Source: Tricharina praecox
Taxonomy: Eukaryota
DNA: 64,000 nt
Assembly (NCBI RefSeq): GCF_024521635.1
Contig: NW_026250424.1
Span: 124,001 to 188,000 of the forward strand
Direction: 5' to 3'
Part shown: in pieces, positions 51,863-64,000 of the stretch
How the letters are laid out: each line of letters opens with the position of its first letter
Numbering within the stretch: position 1 is the stretch's first letter
The notes under the pieces: generated by a model
The model's database searches: none
What the model saw: the letters and a program-made list of their open reading frames with translations, nothing else
What the model was told of the DNA's origin: nothing
Position numbers and translations under genes: made by a program

Positions 51863-52161
51863 ATGCAAGAAGTGACATTCGTGAGCAGTCGCTATATGAA
51901 TTTCCCCAAGCTCTATGCGCTCTTGGACAAACTGTTTCCCGGCCAGTGGACCGTGGAGGTGCGTAGGAGCTGTGCGCTGCTACCCCGCGCCGATCAAGAG
52001 TGGCGGCTAAATCATCACAGCACCGCTACGGTCAAGTCCGTATCAAGTCACCCAGAGCCCTCACCAAGGTCCGCCGTCGACACAAAATTCCACTGTCAAG
52101 AGCGAGCATCGCTAAGATCTTCTAGGACCAGCAACATTCCGTTCAGGACTTGGAAGATTGA
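51863..52161 (+). CDS. 59-aa microprotein, 3 exons (51863-51958, 52021-52068, 52126-52161)
   Basis: Two canonical phase-0 introns (GTGCGT..GCTAAA..CAG; GTCCGC..GCTAAG..TAG) give MQEVTFVSSRYMNFPKLYALLDKLFPGQWTVEHRYGQVRIKSPRALTKDQQHSVQDLED. Confidence 0.72.
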
Positions 52162-52713
52162 ATGTAGACCGTGTTAAAGACGATAATGTATACGACGGAA
52201 GAATCGGATTGGAGGGAAAGGCGGAAAAGTCGGATCGGAGGGTTTTTTATTGTATGTGTAGTACTGTTTGCGCAATACCTATGATATTTTGCGATTATTT
52301 GTGTCCATCAAGAACACGCGGAATCGCTGCCGGTTGGAGAACGTGGATAGTTCGGGCTCTTTTGTGATGTAATGTGCGCGCATCGCCGTCAAGGCAGCAT
52401 AGGAAGTATCCATCCACCATAGCAACGGATCACCGCAACTCACTCGTTTAGCTTTGCTTGGTCTAGTAGTGTTCTCATTTGGCTCAGCGCTTAAACGCAC
52501 CAGTTTTTGATGGTGCATAGGAGCAGTTCATGTCTTGGCACCCAGTGGCTGTGCCCCTCGGAGGCTGTACATGCTCCTACTCTACATCCGCCAATGGGTT
52601 GCCGCAGGACTAAGGAAGGGTCGCAGCCGCTGCTGCGCTGATTACTCTTTCATCGTCCACACAGCACAGCACATGAATCTTCGCCGGTGTCGTGTTGCAA
52701 CCTCACATGAAAG

Positions 52714-54524
52714 ATGAATACTGTATGTATTGAACCGATGCGCTCGCTTCCAGATTTTGAAGATGGCTAATGGTGACGCCAGGAGGCCCAGGTTCACGGA
52801 TGGGAGAACTACCCTACGGCTACAGCATCGACAAGTGGAATGCTAGATGATTTTCACGAAGTCCGGGAGCTGATAGGGAACTACGGAGATCTATTTGTCC
52901 AGAAACCGTCGGCGATCCATCTGCAGGTCTACCGAGCAAAGGAGGTTTACAATGTTTCTTCCCTCGAAAGCTTAGAATCCTTTCTCAAAGGGGATGGAAG
53001 GGAAACCGAAGGAGAGACGAAATTCTTGTCAGAAGCCCCCCCTGTTTACTCGTGTTGTGATCGGACATTTTAATTGGGGCCCTCTTTTAGTTTCATTACA
53101 CAGACGAATTCATGGACGCGTCTGCAGATATCACTGGAAATGTTCAAGATGCTCTGTCATGTCCACGGTGTCTTTCCGCGATACTTCCAGTCAGTTCTCA
53201 GATTAAGCCTCAAAACTTGCAAAACGTACGAGTATCTCGGCGGTGGATGTTTTCGGCACGTCTCCGTGGCACCCGATCAGCATCAATCGACAATCTTCGG
53301 TAAGTCCTCAAAGACCAGTCTATTCCTTCATTCCTTACTGAAGATTGCCATGCAGAAGTATGCTATAATCTCCGCAAGTTCGAGAGGCATGGCCGTGATG
53401 TACTAGACGATCCGTGGTCGTGTCGACAATGTGCCGTCTATCAAAAATATACCACTGGTGCCCATTCATCTGCGTGGATTTTCATCCAGCTCCCGAAGAC
53501 GACTAGGGAGCTTCTCGGACGAATCCACGAAGCCGGCGAGGATTCACTTTATCGGGCGCCGGCCGCGCACCCTCTGCTTTTGCACCTTCTCCTGCTATGG
53601 TCTTGTGAGAAGACCTGGGAAGAATACATCAGATATCTGGGAAACGAAATAACTGCGATTGTATGTTTTTTAATTCCACTTTCGTCACTTGCCCTAATGC
53701 CAACTCTACAATAGAACGACAAGACATCTTTCCTCAACAACACCTACCGCGAGTCCGACGTGAAACTCACGCACTGCCAGAACATCTGCCGTGTCCAATG
53801 GGAGCTAGAGAATGCTCTTCTACTTCTCGAGGCGAATCTGGATGTTGCCAACACGCTGGTCAAACACTCCAAGAGCATGCACGAAAGTACGGACACGGGG
53901 GTTACACGGGATACTCATGCATCCTTTCTTTCAGAGATTGAGCAGTACCAACGCACGATAGAGTGTCATATGCGGAATATTCAGAAGCACCTACGATTCG
54001 CGACGGTTGTCAACCAGCTAGTATGAACGACTTCTCCTCCTGATCATCTGAGGTGTAGGCTTACAAGACACCCGTAGACGCTGAAAATCCTGGACTTCCA
54101 AAACGACGAGCTCCGCCAAGCGAACAGCAACTCTCTGAAATCCCTCGCCTCCCAAACCGTCTCCGAGAACAAAGCGATGGTGACGATCGCCGAAAAAACG
54201 AAGGCACATTCGCGGATGATGGCGGTAGCCACCTTGATCGCAACAATATACTTGCCCGCAAGCTTCGTAGCGGTCAGTTTCTGCTTCCAATATACCTACC
54301 CCACGTGGCTGGCTGATGAAATTCCGGAATAGTCATTCTTCGGTACCAATATGGTCCAGTACAACACCAAGGCCGATGGAGATGCTTCATCCATTACCGT
54401 AAGGAAGGATGTGTGGGTGTATGTTATGGTGTCGGTGGTGCTGATGGTTTGTACGACGATATCGGCATATTTTCTCACGAGACGTCTAAAGAAGCAGGAT
54501 GAAGCAGATACGATTGGGCTCTGA
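52714..54524 (+). CDS. CorA-like two-TM protein, 6 main exons plus a 3-codon first exon
   Basis: Spliced product has WENYP, FITQTNSWTRLQIS..HGVFP, EVCYNLRKFERHGR..DPWSCRQCAVYQKY, HPLLLH..WEEYI, a long helical stalk, SRMMAVATLIATIYLPASFVA-SFFGTN and a second TM VWVYVMVSVVLMVCT. Introns at ~52723-52782, 53028-53090, 53300-53356, 53661-53714, 54021-54077, 54273-54332. Confidence 0.85.
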
Positions 54525-54632
54525 ATGACGGGAGTGGGATGGGTTCTCGATGTTGTGCTGTGCTTAATTGCTTGCTTTAATGTCTTTATGAATCGTTACT
54601 CGCTATCTATCGTAACTTCTTATTTATTTGAT

Positions 54633-54903
54633 GGAGGAGCTGTCGGCGAGAGGCGGAAGTGAAGGGGGACTCCAGTCGGCGGTGTCGGCGGGGGAGAACG
54701 AATGTGGTTAGTAGTACGCATCAACTTTGGCGCGCAGGGCGGGTCGTCTTCTTCTTCTTCTTCTTCTTTCTCTCTCTCTCTCTCTCTCATCATCATCTAC
54801 CGAATAGACGATCAACCTATACCTCCTCTTTCTTCTTTGTGTGCTCTTCTCTCGGCCTGCCGCCGGTTTGGAGGGGTGTTGGCAAAGGAGCCGTCTGCAA
54901 AAG
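54633..54903 (+). repeat. Third, isolated copy of the 3' end / 3'UTR of orphan gene A
   Basis: Colinear with 17504-17715 and 20075-20237 (ggaggagctg..ttagtagt..ggcgggtcgtcttctt..catctac..gatcaacc..tggaggg..ttggc..agcc..gcaaaa). Confidence 0.75.
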
Positions 54904-55490
54904 GGCCGTCTGGAGGGGTATTGAGACTGGACGCACTACTTCCAGGCAGTCTGCCAAAACCTCTGGACTGGACTTGACTGGACTGACGTCGTCCCGACAG
55001 TCTGGACTGCAGTCCGGGCCGAACTATCTCGAGACTCAACTAGCTGGACGGAACGGATGGAACGGACCACGGTTGACCGCGGTTGACTGTCATCACTTCC
55101 ACCAGAGGACAGTACTATCGGAACGGAGGTGCAAAACGACATTTCCAGTCCACTTCCAGAATGAAGCCGGATTCATCGATCAGGAGACTCAACTCGGAGT
55201 CCGAGACGGGCCATGATTCCACCTACGGCCAAGACACCAACTAGGATCACCGGAATTCACTCAGCACCGTCGGCGCGTCGGCGCTTCGGCACCTATTTGT
55301 CCGATCACGAAAACATACAGCATTGAAACAAATGCATACGGAAAAGGAAAAGGAAACAATAACCCCGAAAAAATACCCCCCATCTCACATATACATAACG
55401 TGGCCCATTCAATGTTCATATTCATTCCTCCCACACACACACAAAATCAAAAACATGTCCACCCATCCCACCACCCCATACCATCCCATC

Positions 55491-58389
55491 TTATGCGATC
55501 CAGGTGAATGATTCTGCAACCTCGAATTCTACTGATCCACTAGAAGATTGTCAGTCACGATGGACATTGTGATTTGGAGGGGGGTTGGAGCTTACCGGAT
55601 GTCCACAGCGGACGCCGCTACAAGTCCTACGAACTGTCCCTCCTCTGCTATCCAGGCTGACAGGCTCGGGTCGTAATAGCCAACAGCATATTTGTCGATG
55701 GTCATCTCGACAGTTTTTGTCTCACCGGGCTCCAGCGCGACCTTCACGAACGCGGCCAACTCCTTCTCTGGTCGCGGAAGTCGGGACTTGACGTCGCGGA
55801 TGTACAACTGGGCGATCTCTTTACCGGCGACCGTCCCGGTGTTCTTGACCGACACCAGGATGGTCAGTTTTCCGCTGTCGGAAAGCGTGCTGCCGCTGAT
55901 GCTGGGACTGCCGTACTCGAACGTGGTGTACGAGATTCCGTGGCCGAATGCGAACTGCGGTGCAATGTTGAGGCGGTCGTAATGGCGGTACCCAATGAAT
56001 ACGCCTTCGCCGTAGAGGACGCGCTGGTCTTGGCCTGGCCAGTTGTGGTAGGCCGGGTTGTCCTCAAGTCGCTTGGGGAAGGTGACGGGGAGCTTTCCGC
56101 TGGGGTTGACGTTGCCGAGGAGGACGTCGGCGAGGGCGTTTCCGGCTTCCTGGCCTTGGTACCACGCCTGGATGATGGCGGGGACCTCGTTGACCCATGG
56201 CATGGTTATGGGGGTGCCGGACTGGTTGACGACGATGGTGCGGGGATTGGCCTTCGCGACGGCGGCGATGAGGCGGTCCTGGCTGCCGTCCTTGGGAAGG
56301 TCCATGGTCTGCCTATCGTAACCCTCCGACTCCCATTCTGCGTCCAGGCCGACCACGACGATGGCCACATCGGCGCTGGCGGCAACCGCGGCAGCCTCGG
56401 CGACGAAGTCTTTGTCCGGTCGTTCCACGTAGCCGATACGGCATCCGCCGTAGCCATGCGTGGGGCCGGTCTTGCTCGCGGGCCGGACTTCGTTGTTGCT
56501 CTCGATCAGGATCTCATAGACTCCTCCCGCCTCCATGGGCCAGAGCGCGAGCTCCTCCACCGAGCCGTCGAACATGGCTTCGCCCGCATCCGTCCAGTCC
56601 CAGTTGTCGATCAGGAGCTCGCCATTGATGTACATCTTCGCCGGACCGACGCTCGACAGGCCGAAAGTGTGCTTTCCGGTGGTCTCGGGGATGATCTGCG
56701 TCTTCACTCGGAAAGAATACTCGGGAAGAACTTCCTTCGGTGCGTTGTCCCACAGGTACAGATCCGTCTTGGGCCGGTTCTGGATGAACATGGGAGTGCC
56801 TTCGAGTTTGTCGCCCTTGTAGAACTCGAGGATCACTCCAGGCTTGCCCGATGGTGTTGTGCAGATGTTTGATGCCAGTGGGAGCCACTTATCCGTCTGG
56901 GCGCCGGGAGCGTAGACGATCTCCCTATCACCTGCCATCTCCTTGATGGAGTCGTACGGAGTCGTGAGGTAGTATGGCTTCAAACTCGCGCTTCCACCTC
57001 CACCGGCAATGGCCTGTTTCGCGTTCGGGCCGATGATGGCGATTTTCCGCACCTCGGGGCCGATCGGGAGAGTGTGGTTCTCGTTCTTCAGTAGCGTCAG
57101 GCCTTCGTGCCCCGCCTGTCGGATCAGATCCCGCGTCGCCTGGGTATCGATGGATTTCTCCTCCGATTCCGTCCATGGGAGGTCGAAACGCCCACACTTC
57201 TCTATCCAGGTGAGGACACGGGCTGCACACTCATCGATGTCTTGAATTGTGAGCTCTCCCTTCCTGATGGCATCCATCACCTTCTTGCCACGCACTTTTG
57301 ATGGGCCAGGCATTTCTAGATCACAGCCGTACTTGATGGACTCCACGGTCGAGTTCGTTCCACCCCAATCGGACATAACCAGTCTAGGAAGCAAAAAAAA
57401 TTCAGAACCCACACGAGAGGATATAACGAGAAGGAACCCTTACCCATCGTATTTCCACTCGCCACGCAGAACCTTCCGCAGTGTGAATTCATTCATATCC
57501 GCATGTTTGCCATTGACCAAGTTATAGGACGACATAACAGCCCACGGCTTCGCCTCTCTGATGGCGATCTCGAACGGCTTCAGGTACAGTTCTCTCAGCG
57601 GCCTCTCTTCGATGATGGAGTCGACGGTCATTCTCCACGTCTCCTGCTCGTTACCAACATAGTGCTTGATGGTGGCACCCACACCGCCCTCTTGCAGACC
57701 CTTGATGTACGCGGACGAGAGTTTTCCGGTGACAAGCGGATCCTCCGAGAAGGACTCGAAGTTGCGGCCTCCGAGAGGTGAGCGGTGCATGCACACGGTT
57801 GGGGCGAGCAATGCCTGTGCCTGGCGCGCCTTCGTTTCCTCGGCGAGAGTCCTGCCGATGGAGTGGAGGATTTCGGTATTCCAAGTGGCGGCGAGTGATA
57901 TACCACAGGGAAGTAGCGCAGCCTGCGGTCCGTCAGCAACGCGAGTCTTCGCAGGAACTGCCGCCAAACATGGCATGGAATACAAACCGGAGTGCCGTCC
58001 GTGAAGAATTCGCCACGGGCTCCGTTGGGCCCGTCCGTCACCTTCAATGCGGGGATCCCATGTTCCTTGATCTCTTGGGTACGCCAGAAGTCTTGTGCTG
58101 CCAAAAGGGAGACCTAAAAAGCCAATCACGTCAGCACCCTCGCCTCATTCACCCTGCAACACTCGCGCCAGCAGCCAAAGCTAACGGAGTACATTTGCAA
58201 GTAATAGACGGCGAAAAACAAGACCTTCTGCTCCAGTGTCAATTTGGACATCAATTCTCTGACCCTCGGGCTTCGCTCAGGACCATCGTAGGTCTTCACG
58301 GTCGCCCTATTCGACTTCGGACTCGATTTCTTCGTCGCGGTCGACTGCCTGCGTTCCGGCCCTGAACACTTGCTGACGTGGGAACCCAT
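55491..58389 (-). CDS. Glycoside hydrolase family 3 beta-glucosidase (intracellular type, PA14 + Fn3-like domains), multi-exon
   Basis: TDGPNGARG, LGGRNFESFSEDP, IKHY, MSSYN, LVMSDW, DLEMPGP, ESEGYDR, WYQGQE.GNA, PSGKLPVTFP, FGHGISYT, RPEKEL. Last exon ends SFTWIA*. Confidence 0.95.
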
Positions 58390-61300
58390 CTTGACTGTGG
58401 TTCAACAGGCGGGGACTACTTGTCCCGGCCCGTTCAGTGGGGATGTTGGGTTTGGGTGTTTGGGAGTTTTTGTTTCGGCGAAGGAAGGCCTGTACTGTAG
58501 AGATCCCACTGACCAGAGCGAGGCGGCGGCGGAGGGCGGAATTATATATTGAATGTTAATCGCTATTTGTCGGCGTAGCAGCAGGTCAAACAATCCACCA
58601 TTTAGTAGGTGGCGTGCACCGCCGGCTTTATAGGTCGAGCGCCGACGGACAGATATCCCAGAGCTTCCGACCGGACGTGCAAAAAGGCCCACCCCCCGTA
58701 GCTTTCCACATACATACCTTACCTCACCTTACCTTACTTTACCTACTAGCACATAGGGTGCGGGAGAAACGACAAGCCCTACACGGGCCCGGACCGAACG
58801 ATGACAGCAACGCCACCAGGCTGGGAGCGAAACTAAACATGGGGCTTGCTTTCCTTGCCTTCCATCAATCAGTCAATCAATCACTCAATCAATCGGCATG
58901 CTCTAGTTACCCCCCACCCGTCGCGTAGTGGGTAGGTTTACTATCGAACCCCCGCCGAAGGCTAGGTAGATGGGCCGGCTGAGTGGAGTCGACCAACGTA
59001 TGTACGTACGGTGGAGCCAGACGACTGACGGAACTGGGAGGATCCGCCGCGTCCTCGAATTGATCCGTGCGTTGGGCAATGATAGCTAAGCCAGTATGTG
59101 CGGTGCTTGATTGATAGATGAGTATCGCTATAACATGCGTCGGAAAAATTCCTCAGTGTGCAGCTGGGTTCCATCTTTTTTCTGCCCACTGGCGCAGGTG
59201 GTGGCCGCTGGGGAGCAGGAGAGAGTTTTTAGGGGAGGGGGCCTCGCGTCAACGGTTGCCAAGGGCCGGGGCACGTGTGGGGCGGACTGATTGTGTCTAC
59301 AGTTGGGCCCAAGGACTGTGGGGTCCTGGCGGGAAATCCGCGTCGAAGGTCCGGCGTCAAATTTAAAAGGCTTGCGGAGTGGGTAAATCGAGCATGCGTC
59401 TGCCATCCCGCCGACGATCACCCCACCCAGGGCCGCGATCGGTAATGGCGGGCCGTCAGCCGCCGTCTCCAGAGGATCCCTCAAATTGACAATGCTCTAA
59501 CCCTTGCAAGGCAAGCCCCATCCAGCCCCCCTGCCCCTGGCCCTGCCAGCACTAATCTGACCGTTACCAAACAAAAAAACAATCATCACGAAAGTAGTCG
59601 ACGCGCACTGCACTGCACTGCACTGCACTCAGCACCCGTCCCTCGCGGTTGGCACGACCAGCCTGTGTTCTGCGAAGGAACATGCAATGCAAGGTGCGTT
59701 GAATCTCTCCAAATGAAGATACGCGCACCAGAACCCTGGCCGCCGCGAAGATTCGGAGATTTCAATTCATGGTTCTCCCGTTCAACCTGGCGAGAAAAAA
59801 AGCACATTGATCCATATTGCAAAAACCTATTCAACGACATTGACGGCTTGCTTGCGAGCAATCCTCCCCCCATATTTCATATAATCTGCCGTTCACCGTG
59901 TAGTTACATACGTAGGACCGGACTGACTGGCTGACTTGCAATTGGTGGATAGTAGGTAGGTACTAGGTACTTGGGTACATGCCTCGGTGGTAGCGGAGCT
60001 GAGGCGGAGCTGGGGCGGAGCTAGGGCGGACGGCAAGCACCGACATTTGTTTGGTTGCTGTATCTACATGCGCTGCAAGTCTTCTTGCGGTCCAGTAGAG
60101 ACTGCCGAGCTGAAAACGGTAGTGCAGCATATCCCCCGCGTTCACGTAGGTAACTATCTGTGAGGGTCTCTGGCCGGCCAGAGTGCGGACTGAGATGACG
60201 GATGAGACTTCTTCCAAACTCTCTGAAGTGAGCCCCTCTCACAGAGTGTTTACCACGAGCACATGCAATTCATCTCGCGCGACCACCTCGCAATCAAACC
60301 CATGCGAGAAGGAGGACACAATCGTCCATGGCTCTTGGCCCTCAGGCTCCGGTATGTACATACAAATCCCAGGCCTCCCAGAAGAGAATCCCACTACCGT
60401 AGGCCTTACCTTCAACGAAGCCTCTAGTCGATGTGGGTCTTCCATAATCGTGGCTTGCTCTCCCCACCAAGGACTCACGATGTTGATGCTACTCCACAAA
60501 CGGAACTACTTTGGAGCACCAAGCACAACGCTGGCATGTGTGGAAGGCAGCAGCATTCGGTCCGGCTTCACTTATATGCGAACCCGGTGCAGAAGGTATG
60601 TAGGTATGTACCCACAAATGAGGGAGTAGGACAGCAGCGAGGAGTTCTTCCAGTCCCCACGGGCAGACAAGAACGAAGCCATAGTTACATCTAGTCGGTC
60701 GGTCAGCCACTGCCACTGCCCCCTCACCCAGCCCCCCAAACCACCATAGGTATGTACGAACACTAACCAGACAGATATGTACAAACACACCTTTCGTTTC
60801 AATAGGCGTCCAGTCCCGCTCTTCCGGCCAGCCGGAAGAACCCCGATTCGGGCTCTCTGCGCGCGCGGGGGGGAGTCATCCCATATGTTTTAGGGCATAC
60901 CTACCGTATGTTTTGCTGACCCCCGCGCTGGGCGCTGGCTACTGGCTGGCTGGATGTAGGTGCTTATGTATGAGGTATGTACATATAGGCAGCTTTACCT
61001 TTCCGCCTTCCATCCGTCGGGCAAGCGGACGAGAGCCCCACGTCGTCCATATGAAATATCTGACGGTTGATCGCTCCGCCTAGGCTTTATCCGCCTGTCT
61101 GTCGGTGGTCGAGGGGGTAGCACTGGCCGCTCGTGGCACGTGATGGACCCCCTCTCACCGATGTATGTACCTCCCACCGACGTATGTACCTCCTGCTCCT
61201 ACTGCTGCTGCTGCTGCTGCACCTGCTCCTGTTGATGCTCGGAGAGAAGTGAGTGAGCATATACTCCAAACATGCACATGTAACTGTGCACTTACCTCCC

Positions 61301-62046
61301 GCTGGAGATCAGCAGTCAGCAGAGCAGATGCATGATAGCCAGCCAGCCATCCAGCCAGCCAGCCAGCCCCTCGAGCTCGGAATGATACACAGCGCTGGCG
61401 AGATCGCAGCAGCTGCGCAGAGACTAGATATCGACCAGATCACGAAGCTCGTATGCGGCATGATCGCATATAGCACCTTCCCGTCGGTGCTCTGGAAGTA
61501 CTGTAAGTATCTATGTACATAGCATTTGATATTGAACTGCTCGTATGTATGAACGTACAAAGTTACCGTTCGCCCCTGGCCTTCCTGAATCGATGCATGG
61601 GGATAGCACTCGCTGGCTATAGGTGAGTACTGTAGTAGTACATAGGGTTTAGGGCAGGCAGACTAGATCTGTCCTATGGAAGCCGTGTTGGCTTTTTCCT
61701 TGGAACGAGATGTTTCGACTTTACCTATGATTCGCCCCAGCGGTCAGGTCAGCATGAACAACCTCGGCAAATGGGAGGGCTCCGGGAGCGCACAGACTTC
61801 AATGGCGGTCACGTTACCTCCTCGGATCCGCCCCAAACGGCAATGTTAAGCCAATCGCCAAAACCCGATTCCAAGCGCAGCCAGCCAGCCAGCTACGTAG
61901 TGATGTAGCCAAGCTCCAAGCCGAAGCTCTGAGAGCCGAACCCCCCTCTCTCCCAGATAGCGCACGCGACCTCGTACTCACTTCCTTCCTCCTTCGTTTG
62001 CGTCGCATCCGCAAGAGTCATCACAGCAGCAAGCACAAGCACTGGC

Positions 62047-63695
62047 ATGGCAACCTTTGAGGAACGACTGCGTCAATGGCAACAGCCGCCGCCGCCAGCG
62101 AGCCCGAACCCCAGCCCGAGCTCGCTCCCGCTGCCACTCCCGACCGCGCCCGCACCCTCGCTTCGCTCCTCACCGTCGTCCATCACATCCGCCGACGACG
62201 ACGCCTCGTCCGACCACACGATCTCGACGCACCTCGAGCCGATCCGCACTGTTCCGAGCCGGCCCCGAAGCCAATTCCAGTACGAGTTCTTCGACGATGA
62301 CGAAGAAGCTGAGAACGGGGAAAAACTGCCGCCGACAGGGATCTTCGGCCCAGCTCGCGCGCAGCTGAATTGTTTCTGGAGAAACCACATCTCCGTCGTT
62401 GTTCCAGGGGCGGACGCACGTGACCATCTCGGTACGTATAATACATATTACAACTGTCATCAGGGGAGAGGGGTGTTTCAGACTTGACGGGAAGTTAAGG
62501 CTGGACCTGGACCCTTCTTCTGCTTCACATGTCCGCTTGCCCACCTGCCAAACTTCCCCACAATCTTTCCCTCGTGTTTTTTTTCTCCTTCATTCATTTA
62601 CCGGCCATTCCTTGCCCGCTATGCATATTTTGGCGCTGAAGCGGAGAGTAATTTCTCTTTCTTTCTTTTCCTTTTCTTTTCTGCTCTGAAAACTATCAGG
62701 CGAAGGGAAGAAAAAAAAGAAAAAACAACTCCGGCTGCCAGATTCGAATTCCCCGTTATCGAATCCATGTCCCCAGTCCGCTTAATATACGGTACACATA
62801 CTATGAGATCATTTATCGTGAGCCTGTCGGAGTCCCCACCCGTTCTCCCCACCCGCTGGCACCGCACCGCATCATGTCATTCGCGTGCGGCTGCTAGTTT
62901 GGTCTGGTCTGGTCTGGTCTGGTCTGGGGCGGTGAGATGGTTGATGGATGCTGATGGCTGCTGATGGCTGGTACCCCAAACGGCCCCGGGTTCCCGCGCT
63001 CCTCCTCCCCTCCACCTCCACGCCCAGCCTTATACATATGTGGGGCTTGGGCTTGGTGCGGCGAGGCATCGGAGATTCGGAGATGGAGATGGAGCGGGTG
63101 CATAAGCGATCCGCTGACCACTGGTTTGCTTACTGCTGGGGCCAGTCACCGGCTGTCACCCTAACTATACCCAATCGTCCTCATTATCCCTTGCTTCTCT
63201 CGCTTCTCTCCCCCCTCCTCCCCATTCTCCGAGACCCTCCCATCCCCCTCTTCGATCTCCGAGGCCCCCCTCCCCCCACCTCCACCTCCAACCTTCTTCC
63301 ACCCAACCTTCACATAGATACTAATCCACCCAGCCCTGGAGCGAACCTACCTCTCCTACCACCGCACGTCCCTCGCTTTAGCGCTTCTCGCCGTAATAGT
63401 CGCACAACTCCAGATCCTGCAGCACTCGCCCAACCCCGACCCCGTGTTTGGCTTCTACGCTCTCGGAAAACCTCTGGCCGTCGGACTGATCGTGTGCGCG
63501 ATCTCCATCAGCCTGCTTGGGTGGGTGCGGTGGTGGCATTGGCAGCGCACGCTACTGCGCGGGAAGGCGCTGGCGGGTGGGCCAGAGCTCGCAGCGGTGG
63601 GGGGGATTGGCGCGCTGGTCATTGTCGCGTTCCTCGGAATGGTAGCGGCGGTCGATATTAGGAAGAGTTATTTTACCAGGCATGATGATACGTGA
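62047..63695 (+). CDS. DUF202 (YidH-like) membrane protein; exons 62047-62431 and 63334-63695
   Basis: ARDHL-ALERTYLSYHRT across a GTACGT...CTAAT...CAG intron, followed by three TM segments and RWWHWQRTLLRGK. Confidence 0.88.
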
Positions 63696-63700
63696 TGGAG

Positions 63701-63786
63701 GGGAAGGGAAAGAGGAATACGATAATGCTTGGATTAGAGGGAGGGGAAGGGAAAGAGGAATACGATAATGCTTGGATTAGAGGGAG
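63701..63786. repeat. 43-bp perfect tandem duplication just after the DUF202 stop
   Basis: gggaagggaaagaggaatacgataatgcttggattagagggag occurs twice. Confidence 0.95.
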
Positions 63787-64000
63787 GGGGAGGGGTGAAG
63801 GGGTTTAGAATTGGGCAGTGAAGGTATAATTAACGGCGGACGGATGGACGGACGAGACGGACGGACGAGAAGGATGGATAGATGCTAGATGCTAGAGTAG
63901 ATATATGTTAGAATGATACCCACGATTTCACGATTTCACGATTTCACTGCCATTACCTATTGATGCCTCAAGCACCTACTAGTACTACTCTTGAGGCCCC

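Noticed and set aside
51605..52177. 190-aa unspliced ORF
   Set aside because: It reads through two canonical introns; the spliced 59-aa model from ATG 51863 is more coherent, though an N-terminal extension is not excluded.
55940..56872. 310-aa + strand ORF, and similar antisense ORFs over tamA, NmrA and other genes
   Set aside because: Antisense shadows of GC3-rich real genes.
1..64000. tRNA, rRNA, CRISPR arrays, intact transposase or reverse transcriptase
   Set aside because: None recognised by eye; a covariance-model scan is needed to exclude small RNAs.

Overview
Intron-containing genomic DNA from a filamentous ascomycete (GT-AG introns with CTRAY-type branch sites; possibly Pezizomycetes, which is only an impression). 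Ordinary genes: 3' end of a pectin lyase, a TamA/Dal81 Zn2Cys6 regulator, a DHA2-type MFS transporter, an NmrA-like protein, a single-domain O6-methylguanine methyltransferase, a probably frameshifted secreted intradiol-dioxygenase-like gene, a Nudix hydrolase, a conserved secreted hypothetical protein, a single-pass membrane protein, a cAMP-receptor-like GPCR, a GH3 beta-glucosidase and a DUF202 protein. Two accessory regions stand out. (1) 48.0-54.5 kb: three co-oriented genes encoding a kinase / HeLo-like / pseudokinase fusion, a spliced 59-aa microprotein and a 6-exon CorA-like two-TM protein. This is a candidate immune or cell-death module, and the ORF track largely misses it. (2) 16.6-23.8 kb: a tandemly duplicated cassette of orphan genes (a basic chromatin-like protein A, a PP1-docking tail-anchored protein B, a repeat-domain protein C) with reciprocal lesions, mostly in-frame TAG codons. 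All gene models were read by eye and no searches were run.
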